Notes under the pieces: model-generated | The model's database searches: none | What the model was told of the DNA's origin: nothing | The model's input: the letters and a program-made list of their open reading frames with translations, nothing else | Assembly: GCA_010093605.1 (NCBI GenBank) | Contig: MU004191.1 | Span: 666,816-730,815 of the forward strand | DNA: 64,000 nucleotides | Direction: 5' to 3' | From: Lophium mytilinum | Taxonomy: Eukaryota | Part shown: positions 26,454-36,939 of the stretch, piece by piece | How positions within the stretch are numbered: the first letter of the stretch is position 1 | How the letters are laid out: every line of letters starts with the position of its first letter | Translations under genes and position numbers: made by a program

Positions 26454-26879
26454 GCTTGTGAAGCTTGACTTGAGGAGCCCAGGATCCAATTGCGAGCAAC
26501 GATGCCAATTGAACTCGAGGCTCAAGAGAAAGATGGATAGGACGAGTGAAAAAGCTTGTTGACAAAGAAAAGAAGTGGTTTCGCAGAGGGAAGGGTCACT
26601 TCATATACGAAAGCTCCTCACTACAACGCGCCTGCCACAGCTTCCCAGATCCCCGCAATTCACACCCCGGGATGACGCTTTCCACAAGATGGTACAACGG
26701 GGATTTGTTGACGACCTGCATAAGCGACCGCCTAGGTAAGCTTTGGGAGATGATGGTCGATGAACAGATGAGGAGATCTCCGCTTGAGGGAGGAGGAAAC
26801 CCAATGCCTTGCATTTACCTAAGAAACCTCCCATGATTTCTTCCGGGGATCAAATACAGCTTACAAGCAAGTGAATGGG

Positions 26880-26893
26880 CCGTTGCGAAACCG
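26880..26893 (-). promoter_or_regulatory. Candidate AmyR-type site (CGG-N8-CGG)
   Basis: Minus strand CGG TTTCGCAA CGG, ~430 bp upstream of the GH31 ATG. Confidence 0.4.
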
Positions 26894-27152
26894 TTGTCCA
26901 CACGGCGAAGAGGTACAGGTTGAATTGTGCAAGCATGGTAGCGGCGGGAAGATTCACGGATGGTTCGGAGTGGTATGCGGCGGCTCAGGTGATTGAAAGA
27001 AGCTAAGAATGACGCGGTGGAGCTCTGCTTGAGCCTCTTGCGTTGGTTCCCCGGACTCGTGGCCCACGAGGTGGAGACGCTGGGGAGAGGGGTAGGTAGC
27101 AACTAGGTAGAGGTGTGGTGATTCAGCCGAGACTGTGGCCTCTCCCCCCGCT

Positions 27153-27185
27153 GCTTCTGCATGGCTTCTGCATGGCTTCTGCATG
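27153..27185. repeat. 11-bp tandem repeat (GCTTCTGCATG)x3
   Basis: Read directly from the sequence. Confidence 0.8.
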
Positions 27186-27918
27186 GCAGGCATAATGGCG
27201 CCCAACGAGATCGCGATCCAGGGATGCAATTCACGCCGAGGCATAGCTGAAGCGGGACGTCGCCGCGGGAATAATCAAGCTCGCGCTTCCCCACAATCTT
27301 GTTTCTTGGTGGGCGATATGCATGCGGGAGGCAGATCGTCCAGCAAGCCACAGCGCTAGACTCATAGGGGAAGGTTGATCAAAGTTAATTGCTAGACTAT
27401 ACGCTAGATATGTTTTAGAAAACCACGCAACATGCATCCAGTCACTTTCACGGTCAGTCCAGTCTCGAAGAAATCTCGGTAGGAATAACTGCAGAGACGG
27501 CCAGCACTTAGCCCGCGAGTGCGAAATCCTAAGGGTAGAATGAAGTCCCAACCGCTGCGTTCTGATTACAGTACCAGGACATAAGCTTGGGCACAACGTC
27601 TCTGTCGTTCCGTCTGGATCCACGATGAGGTGTTGAAGCACCACTAATAGCGGCAAGTAGGTTGACTGTCAACATATGAGATACCTCTGATTCAAGCTCT
27701 CATGGATTTTACATCTTTTCAAGCCTTTCGGAATGCGCTGAAGCACCCCAACGGTGGGGAACAAGTGTGCGTAGACTTATAGCAACGTATGGTACTATCC
27801 CGGCACTGAGGAGAGATCAGTTCGAATTCCGGCATCATACCACTGAACGCGCCGGGAGGGGCCATCCCAACAGGACTATCTCTCAAATCGTGACGCAATC
27901 GACTTCATCTTCACACGA

Positions 27919-28860
27919 TCACTCATGGCTTCTACGGCCAGGCGACTGCTGCGTAGGCCATCGGAAAAGGGTATAGCTCGAGTCCGAGCCAGGCCGATTA
28001 TCAAACACCGACTCCTCCACATCATCGTCGTCAAGTCTGCGATATGTTTGCGGAGGCGAAACCGTCGGACGGCTAAACGACACATCCGATACTGGAGACG
28101 TCCGGAGTCGGCCTGGGCCGACGGTGTTAGGCGAAGCTACTTCCTCAAACCGACGAGCTCGGGGAGAGAGGCGATGTAGCGGTGGATCGGGTTGTCTAGT
28201 GTCCAATGTCGAGTTGTGGACTTCGTTGACGCGGGAAGGAAGTGTCTTCTTGTCCCATTTTCCGTGATAGCTCACATCGCCTTCTAGTTCCACTAGTTCA
28301 ATAGCATCCGGGTCCCGTCGACGAGTTGAGTCAGGCATCTCAACAGGGGGCTCCTCTACATCTAGCTCATGGCGATACTTCGTGGCGCTTGTCGATGCGA
28401 CGGGGTTTGTGGTGTTTAGCTCAGCCTTCCCAAAGGTGTTAACAGGGTTGTTCCAAGCATGCTGCCTTTCCTTTTTCTTCCGATGAGCACGCCAAAGCAG
28501 ATATATCGCCATTGCTATCACAGCTACCCCCACGGGTCCAGCGACGCTGATGGTAATTATACTTGCTTTCGTAAGCACACGCTGAGGAGCTGGCGCGGGA
28601 GTAGAGGAAGCTGTGGACGAGGTTGCGTGTGAGCTTGCAGCCGCAGTCGTAGAATCCGACGTGTCTGTGGAGGTTGGAGCGCCCGAAAGGCAACATGGTA
28701 CGCAAATTTGGTTTGAGCAGATCCAGTCGTTATCACAATCATTGTCTGAGGCACACGAGTCTCCTAGGCAGTGCCCTAGCCATGTACAAGCAGCTTGTGT
28801 CGCCGAAGGAGTGACGGCGTATGTAGTAGCGTCGGATGCGATCGCGGTGGTTGCGGACAT
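27919..28860 (-). CDS. Single-pass membrane protein with small Cys-rich module and Ser/Thr stalk
   Basis: CTWLGHCLGDSCASDNDCDNDWICSNQICVPCC; S/T-rich linker; TM IITISVAGPVGVAVIAMAIYLLW followed by RAHRKKK; (A/H/V)EL motifs in the tail. Confidence 0.75.
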   Translation of the reverse strand: MSATTAIASDATTYAVTPSATQAACTWLGHCLGDSCASDNDCDNDWICSNQICVPCCLSGAPTSTDTSDSTTAAASSHATSSTASSTPAPAPQRVLTKASIITISVAGPVGVAVIAMAIYLLWRAHRKKKERQHAWNNPVNTFGKAELNTTNPVASTSATKYRHELDVEEPPVEMPDSTRRRDPDAIELVELEGDVSYHGKWDKKTLPSRVNEVHNSTLDTRQPDPPLHRLSPRARRFEEVASPNTVGPGRLRTSPVSDVSFSRPTVSPPQTYRRLDDDDVEESVFDNRPGSDSSYTLFRWPTQQSPGRRSHE

Positions 28861-30448
28861 CTTAGAGAAGACAGATCCTAGGCCTAGAAGTATGAGCTAC
28901 GAGTCGCTGAGCTACCGAGCTCGAGTTGCGACGGGAAGCTAATCATTCGAAGATAACTTCGTCTTGTAGCTTATCGAACGGCCCACGGTCTGCGTCGTCG
29001 TAGATGAGTTATGAGGGCTGCTGGCTGTCCTATTGCGCATGGTTAGAGATAGCAGACAGCTTGCCGTCGCCTTGCGAGTCTAAATACTGGGTCAGCTGTA
29101 AGAATACGCAGTCAGCGCCCGCACGAGGGCCAGGCTCATTGCAGCTACGCGGTGATGGGCTGGCATTGGCAGCTGAATGGGCGCCGAACGCGAAGGCGTA
29201 TGCGGGCTTGGTGATGAGACCAATCCAGACGCATAACCTCTGGTCATCTCGATCTTGAAATATGGTATCAGAGTAACTTTCAGCTGCGTGGTAAGTTAAT
29301 AAGAGCAGCATAGTGGTCAGATAATTAGAGTCAAAGCGTGTGGACGATGGTTGAAGAGGGTAGCTGACGAAGACTAAGTACTCCAGGCTTCCTTGGCCTT
29401 GGGAACGAACTCAACTGTCAACCTCCCAATCTCTATAGATTTAGTGAGCATTGGAAGAATCATGGTATCTCTTCGTGTGCTGAACCAAGCCCTCTGAAGG
29501 TAACTGAGGCATCTTCTCAAATCGTTCATGAATGCTAACATGGATATCGATAGCATAGCCGCGCTTGTTCGTTTTTTCGCGACTGATACGTTTGCCTTCA
29601 AGGATCTGTTGTGGGCCTATTTTATTTGTAAGTGATCGGCAAGTAAGTCCTTAACGAGGGGTATGAAGTCGTGTAAAGCGGTGGTGAGATTTGTTCGTGA
29701 GATAGATGGAATGACGAAGAACGACTGCATGGCGGCGATGCTACTCCAGTCAATCTCGGGAGGGCTGGCACACCTCACAACGAAGCAGGCGAACAGATGG
29801 GGCTCAAACAAATAGTAATAGTATTCGATCTGGTAGATTTCCGAGACTCGCGCCCCAAAAAGCCGAGCCCAAGCCTGGCATCTACAGAGAAGACCCCACG
29901 AGGTGGGATACGATACGTAGGCGTTCCCGTGATTCCTGCCGGTGAACGCCCTTCAAATCCCCAACACCTGAAACTATGCAGACTAGAGACCGTTGACGAC
30001 CCGCAAGCAGCAATTCCTAGCCATAAGGAGATGGAAGCGACGACGCTCTAAAGCTTTCAAATTCGAAGAGCCGACCCAATGGTGACATAGGAGAGGTACA
30101 AAAGAGATAAGTGGCTCCGTGTGGAGTAAGGGTATAGCTGTCATGAGTAACAAGGGTATTGAGCTTTTGTTTCGCGTGAAATTATGTTTGCGAAGCTCGA
30201 GCTCGGCAAAGGGTATAGATGTCGAAGGTAGGGCTCATGGAAATGAGCCTAAATGTAGAGCGTCTGATGAAGTGTAGATAAGCCGAGAGATCCTCGGCGA
30301 GGGCGTACGTATATGGTGATTGGCTGTGGCATGGCCAACTTGAGGAATGTGACGTAAGGCGTAGACCTCTCCTGGGCGAAGAAAGATAGACACTGTGGTG
30401 TGATTGCCAGCAAGGCGACAAAAATCTCGTGGTTTGAGACTTTATGAT

Positions 30449-31249
30449 TTACAGTTCTGTCCAATGGACATCCTCGGCCCGTTCAAGGTCCCTTTGTGCC
30501 GCCTCTTTGGATCTCCGCTTGACTTCGGTCTTTTTCTCTGATTTTGAACCAAAGACGGCCCGGATCGAGCGACTAAATCTCCCCCGGGCCTTTACTGCAT
30601 TTTCTTGAGTAGGGGCAGGGTCGGCGGCAGGTTCAATAGCTTTGGGTGGCGCCTCGAGCTCTGCCCCAGGGTCTTTCTCTATCAACTCAGGGATCCGCGC
30701 ATCAATTTTGACGGTGCCGGGTTCGGCAATTGGAGAGGTAGGAGCACTCGAATTCGGCCCTCGGCTGCGACGCTTTGCGTGTACAGTTTCAATGTTGTCG
30801 AATAGAGGGACCTTCTCGAACTGCACTCTTTCGAATTGAGGAATAGGTGGTAGTGATGGCGTAGGCGCTGGGGAGCCACCGAGCGTGGTTCCAGAGAAGT
30901 GTGAAGGTGACATGGGAGAGTAGGGTGCCCTGGGAGAGTAAGTTCCCTTCGGCGAGGAGGCAGTGTAGTATGAAGATGCCTTTGGGGAGTAGGCAGCGTC
31001 AGAGCCGTTGGAGCTGAAAAATGTAGCAAAAGTTCTGGCAGACATGGGCGGGGATCCTGGGCTGTTGGGGTTGTTGGGAGATTTGTCGCCTTTGTCGAAG
31101 CGGTGCGAGCGAACACTGCCCCCTGGAGAGGTCGGCAATGGGGTCCTCGGCATGCCATGGTTGGATAGAGGCATGAACATGCGGGTCCTCTTGGTGCCGG
31201 TGGTGGAGGCCGAGTTGGGGGGCGACTGGGTTCTTGATCTGACGTCCAT
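30449..31249 (-). CDS. Ser/Pro-rich hypothetical protein
   Basis: Intronless ORF of ~266 aa from MDVRSRT; many SP sites; ends in HWTEL. Confidence 0.65.
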   Translation of the reverse strand: MDVRSRTQSPPNSASTTGTKRTRMFMPLSNHGMPRTPLPTSPGGSVRSHRFDKGDKSPNNPNSPGSPPMSARTFATFFSSNGSDAAYSPKASSYYTASSPKGTYSPRAPYSPMSPSHFSGTTLGGSPAPTPSLPPIPQFERVQFEKVPLFDNIETVHAKRRSRGPNSSAPTSPIAEPGTVKIDARIPELIEKDPGAELEAPPKAIEPAADPAPTQENAVKARGRFSRSIRAVFGSKSEKKTEVKRRSKEAAQRDLERAEDVHWTEL

Positions 31250-32794
31250 TGTGAAAAGTGCGGATTGAAACAATTTCTAGACGACGCAGAAACAGCTGGG
31301 GCGAAGAAAGCTTCAAATAGTGGTGGGCGTCAGAGCAGGAGGGGCTCTTGTCAGGCTGTGCCGCAATAATACAGCGGAGAAGGGCAGCCTTGAATGCGTC
31401 GAGGGTGCAGATCGCAGGTGGAGGACAACGCAGGCGGCTACACACTGGGCTATATCTCGCTGAATGCCTCAGCACGCGTCCCGATGAAACGGACGCCCGC
31501 GACCTCGCAGCGGTGGGCGCACACCACCAGCAAGGGATGGCGGGTAGAGCTGCAGCATGACGGCTGCATTGGGGGAGAGAGAGACGCTGTTCTGTGGGAG
31601 TCGTGCGAGTAGGGCCCCCTCGAGGCGCCTAAGTGATGGCTGCAGGCGTGTGATTGGCGAGAGGACACCGCACAACACCAATCCCCGCCACGCTATTCAG
31701 CCCCCAGCGGCCGCTCATCAGGAGGGCGGCTGCACCGCGCCCGAGTGGTCAAGACAACGGCCAGGGAACCATTGCATGGACAGCCTCCACATTGCCTACA
31801 GCCTATGAGGGCGTGAAGGAGCCATGTCCCGGAGGAATCGGATCACTTTTCTCTGGCCTGTCCGTTCTGGGGCGAAAGCAACACGAAAGCAAGACTTTCA
31901 GCTCAAGCTGGGTGGAAAGAAAGCCTGGAATCTTCCGGTGAGGTCTCCTGCACTGTGGTGTTGTACAACAGCCACGCGGGTCTCTTGAACGAGTGCGACT
32001 CGAAATAGCCGTCACGGCCTTCTCTTGGAAGGCTCGCGCCGTGTTGGCCGCCAAACGAGCTGTGCATGTGATAGGACCGGCTTCTGGAGCGAAACCGCGG
32101 GCGCTAAGATGCCGGTCTCAGCCTTATATCGGCACGGACGCTGAGGCGTGAATGGGAGTGAAAGGCGCCGAATTTGCGGGCCTGTGGTGCTGTGGGCCTT
32201 CGAGTGTGAGCTGGCCATCATCCGGCGCCCGGCGGCAGTTCCAGGTGTCCCTCTGGCCAAGATGTTGACGCCGTTTCGAAAGGCCCGTTGGCATGTTGGA
32301 TGTTTCATGTTTGATGTTGGCTAGCTTTCAGCTCGCCAAGGCTACTAGTCCCGAAAGAACTGGATCCCATATGCAGGCGGCCCACGATGATGACTTTCAA
32401 CATCAGCCTCGAGCATTCCTCGCCAAATACAACATTTGCGTAGTTACACTTCAATCCAAACAGTCATCGCCACCATGTCTCGTCCACGCTGCACTGCATT
32501 GATGAGCCTGATATCACTCCGTTTTGAAACTCGCCCTGGTGTTCCCGCGCGTCGGTACCTCCTAAATGGCATAGTGTGCCCCTGACCTCGCGATAGCCCT
32601 TTGATCTTCGCCCACGGCCTCCGCTCTCCTCCTCTTCACCACACTCAACCGCTCTCTCACAGTCACTCTTTACCGTAGCCTCGCGCTGCACAGTCTCTCC
32701 TTTACTAACTGCATCTCGGCGCGTGTCTGGAATACGCGCAGCCCCCACACTCATTAATTGTCCTTCGTTTTCGCCTATCTGCGCCCTCTCAGCC

Positions 32795-33926
32795 ATGCTC
32801 TACCTAGCCCTCGTCGCAGCCTTGCTGCCCGCAGCCTTCGCCCAGACCTGGACCGCCTGCAACCCGCTCAACTCCACCGGCTGCCCTACTAACCCCGCCC
32901 TGGGAGGAAATGCCACTTTCCTGTGGAACACCACCTCCGCCGATTCCAACGTCTGGAATACTACCAATGGCAAAGTCCAGTACACCCCAGCCGGCGGCGA
33001 GTTCACCATCAACGAACGCCACGACTCTCCTACCATCCAATCCAAGTTCTACATCTTCTTCGGCGTTGTCTCTGTTATCATGCGAGCCGCACCCGGCCAG
33101 GGTGTAATCTCTAGTATCGTTCTCGAATCCGACGATCTTGACGAAGTGGATTGGGAGTTCATTGGCGGCAACCACACACACGTCGAGACCAACTACTTCG
33201 GCAAAGGCAACACTACTTCCTACGATCGCGCCATCTATTACCCCGTCGACAAGCCTCAGGACCAGTTCCACAACTACACCGTTCACTGGACTAAGGACGC
33301 GATTGAGTGGTGGATTGACGACAACTCCGTTCGCACTCTCAAGTATGGGGATGCGCTCGGCGGCAAGAACTTCCCTCAGACGCCAATGAACATCCGTCTC
33401 GGAATCTGGGCTGGTGGTGACCCAGACAATAGCAACGGTACTATCGAATGGGCTGGAGGACTCACCAACTACGGCAAAGGCCCATACACCATGACGGTTG
33501 CGGAGATCTATGCCCAAGACTTCACTTCCGGCAAGGAGTACGCGTATGGCGACAAGACTGGTGACTGGGAGAGCATCAAGATCACTGAGCAAGTTCCCAC
33601 AGTTTTCACAACCCATAATACCTTCACTAACACTGTATAGGGGCCAATCGAAAGCCATCAAAGAAATCACGAGCCCACATGGTGTTACCGGCCGCTGGAA
33701 AGCCCTCTCCAAGACCACCCAAATCGCGATCGCCGCTTCTGCAGCGGGCGCCGCTGTCCTCTGTCTTCTGGCCATTTTATTCTGCTGCATCAAGCAACGG
33801 CGCGCTGGGCGTCGGGAGTACGCTGAGCTCGAGGCTCAGCGCGAAAAGGAGGCCGCCGAGCTTGTAGAGTACAAGACGAAAATGGCGAACGGTGGATTTG
33901 GTCATGGCAGCCACAACAACTGGTGA
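32795..33926 (+). CDS. GH16 Crh-family cell-wall transglycosylase with C-terminal TM helix
   Basis: Signal peptide, QTWTACNPL, catalytic DEVDWE, ETNYFGKG, FHNYTVHWT, PQTPMNIRLGIWAGGD. A GC-AG intron at 33589-33640 joins to the TM exon. Confidence 0.9.
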
Positions 33927-34690
33927 TTGGCGTGACGGAAGCCCCTGTGCCTCGAGAAGCACCAGATGTACTATTCTCTCAATTGTCTATCCTTGTCCAT
34001 TTAGGGTATGGCGCGACTAGCAGGACGTGCGATAGTTGCTTGTCCTTTAGCATGCGCATGACTTTCGACACACCCCATGACCGACACACGTTGTGGTAGG
34101 GGTGTTGTGTACAAAGGAGAGGTGTGCGTAAGGCATAGGTTGCGCCACGTCTCCCTGCAAATCGCGCTGTTCCGGCGCAGACATGTAATCCTTCACGATC
34201 ATACCCCCAATGTGCTATTGGTTTCTAGCGTTTCTTTAGTGCGATATTCAAACATGCGGCTTGATGCCTGCTCTTAACATCAATAAACCTCTTGTGACCC
34301 GTGACTTATCCTGCACCCCATAACTGTTTAATCACAAGCTTCGATAGAAACAATCTTCAGACCATGAATGATATTTCTCCCACATTTTTGAGGGAACAGT
34401 GAACACGAATAATATCATGTTCCAGAACAATTAGCCAATGTGACCCATGGACGTCGCCAAGAAACCCCAACATCCCGCTCCACTCCGCCTCCCGCCCTGC
34501 TAATCTTCATGACGTTCTTTGTAGCCTCCTCCACCACCATAATCATACAATAAACCACATCAATGTGAGATGACGAAGCCTCACACGCCCATGCCTCCAC
34601 CCCACAAACCAGCACTACCAACCCACCAATCCTACCCCCCTTGAACGCTCTCCCGCTTCCCCTTCACAAATCACCATCAACCAACCCAAC

Positions 34691-35593
34691 ATGTCCGGAT
34701 TTCTAGACCACAACCACGAAATCCTAACCCCACCCGCCTCCTCCATCGCCGCCTCGTCCACCATCCAATCCCCCCTCCCCCACCCCCGCGCCCTCCCCCT
34801 CAAAAGAGGCAGCACCAAGGAATCCGAATTCATCCACTACGTCGACGACACCCTCCTCCTCGTGCAGCGCCGCTGGGCCAAGCGCGCCTTCGATGACGCC
34901 CTCGCCGGCCGCGTCAAGGGCTACCACTCCTTCCGCGAGGCGGCGAAGGATCTTAATGACCTGATCGACGTGGTGTGGGTGTCTGCGACGCGTGCGTTTG
35001 CCCCCCTCCCCCTTTCATCTTCCTTGTTCCCTATTCCCTCGGGTTATTGGTGTGTTATGTGTTGTTGAGGCGAGGCTGATGTGTGTGTGATAGCGACGTT
35101 TCAGATCCCGTATTTGCTGAGTGTCGCGCTGCTGCTCACGGAGTTCCTGCCGACGTTTCCCGCGGCGCCGGGGGCGATGTTCGGGATTCTGGAGAAGCTT
35201 GACCAGGCGTTCGCGGCGTTGTTGATGGGGTGTGAGCCGGAGACTGGGGAGGCGCTGCCCGGGATAGCGGTGAGGCGGGTGAGCACGACGGAGAAGATTC
35301 GGATGAAGAGTTTGGTGGAGCGGACGAGGGTGGTTGTGGTGGAGGTGATGGCGAAGCGGTCTAGTAATACTCGTGGGGAAGAGCGGGATGGGGATGGTGA
35401 GGAGACGGATGTTGATGATGGGGCTATGGATGTGGATGCGACGGATACAGAGGGGGAGGGGATCTGGGGGGAGGATGAGGGGGATGAGGAGGAGGGGTGG
35501 GAGATGGCGACGGGGAGGGTGTATGAGCGGACGATTGGGGAGTTGGGGGAGAGTGTGGAGGGGCCGCCGATTGGGATTATTACGAATGGGTGA
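34691..35593 (+). CDS. Tfb6-like protein (TFIIH-associated subunit family)
   Basis: LPHPRALPLKRGSTKESEFIHYVD...RRWAKR, DLIDVVWVSATPTFQIPYLL (intron 34992-35093), STTEKIRMKSLVERTR. The family is recognised from memory. Confidence 0.6.
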
Positions 35594-35970
35594 GGAGGCT
35601 TGGGATATTGGGAGCCGGTTTGATCTGACGAGGACTTGGGATCATGGTTTGACGAAATGATGAAGGTCTGGTATGATTTTATCCGCTATGTGGGTTTACG
35701 AAGTTATGAAGGTTTGGTATGAATCTCTAGGTATGTGCCGATGGCTCGCTTCCAATTTCTTCAAGCCCATTCAGCCAATTTCCGGCGTGCTCTACGTTGG
35801 TGAGGTGCCATGCCAAACGCACAGCAACAAATGGCAAAGAGTTAACCCCAACAGTGTCATGTTGAGAGCGCCAGGCCCGAGCGCCATAGAAAGATGAGAG
35901 AACAGAAAGCAGGTAATCCGCGCCTAACCATGATAAGTCAGTAAATTTTTCAATCCTCCAAATGTATCTA

Positions 35971-36193
35971 AGCAGCGATGGTAACGTCGTCCATCCTGGT
36001 GGGTGTGGGCTAATACGTTTCCTGGCGCCCCGGGTTCGATTCCCGGCGGTGTCAGAGACGGAAAACATGTATTTGCACTTGATAAAAGGCTGCATGCGTT
36101 TCGTAGTGGAGGCGGCCCGATCCTGAAGTGATTCAATGGGGTCCGCTATAACGGTCAGGTTGGGGGCCGTTTGAGAGGGTAAATTCCTTTTTT
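35971..36193 (+). ncRNA. Structured putative RNA polymerase III transcript (not a canonical tRNA)
   Basis: Perfect B-box GGTTCGATTCC at 36033-36043 capping a long hairpin (36016-36060); second hairpin 36111-36171; T6 terminator 36188-36193. G-U pairs favour the + strand. The 5' end is approximate. Confidence 0.65.
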
Positions 36194-36208
36194 GCTCTTT
36201 GTTTTTTT
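36188..36208 (+). terminator. Pol III-type oligo(T) terminator
   Basis: T6 at 36188-36193 and T7 at 36202-36208, downstream of the B-box. Confidence 0.55.
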
Positions 36209-36939
36209 GATTTTTGCTCTTTATAAATAAAAGGAGAAGTGTTCTCTAGGGCGCGTAAGAAGTGCTCCATCTTTGCAGTAGGGAAAGGTACAATTTCTGC
36301 CCCAATGCCTCGGGATGAGTTCCCCTCGCCGTTCTTCCTTTTTAGAAGAAGGGGGGTAGTGCGATGATGCTATTGTGTGGTGCATCCATTGATGGTAGTA
36401 GAGATCTCGCCCAGACGCCAATTGTGAAGCCGTGGTGCTCGCTCCTTTTTCCACAGCATCACACAAAGGAAGACATTCACGTTCTACCAAAACATCTCGA
36501 AGTCCTTGACTTCTGCGCCCATGTCCACTACCGGCTCGCCTTCAGGTCCTCAACGCCGTTATGTCATGGAATTACATTTCTCGTAGAGGGCCGCGCGGCG
36601 CCGCACTTTTGGCTCTGATGACTTCAAGGTGTGATTATGAGTCTGAGGTCTTGAAGAAAGAGTAGTAAAGGGACAATTAGCGCACCTCTATAGCTTCTCT
36701 AAACTATCCCCTATATCACGATCATCACTAGTGCAAACAACGCGTCAAAATGGTTGGGTCTCCGCTGTTCGTCTCAAGGAAGGTGCGAGAGCCCCCCGGC
36801 CTCACCTTGCACTTTCATCAACAAACGCACCTCCGCGCTACTTCCACACTCCTTCAACACCACGCGAGCATCATCGTCCTTCCTTCCACTGGCCTCAGGC
36901 CCTCCTATCGTTCCTTACACGCTGTTCCCGGCCAGCATC

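Noticed and set aside
35984..36054. Canonical tRNA or tRNA-Sec call based on the T-arm and a CATCC-TGGT-GGGTG D-arm-like hairpin
   Set aside because: No proper anticodon stem-loop and no TCA anticodon; the acceptor pairing is poor, and the 3' strand pairs better with 36022-36029. Reported as a non-tRNA ncRNA instead.
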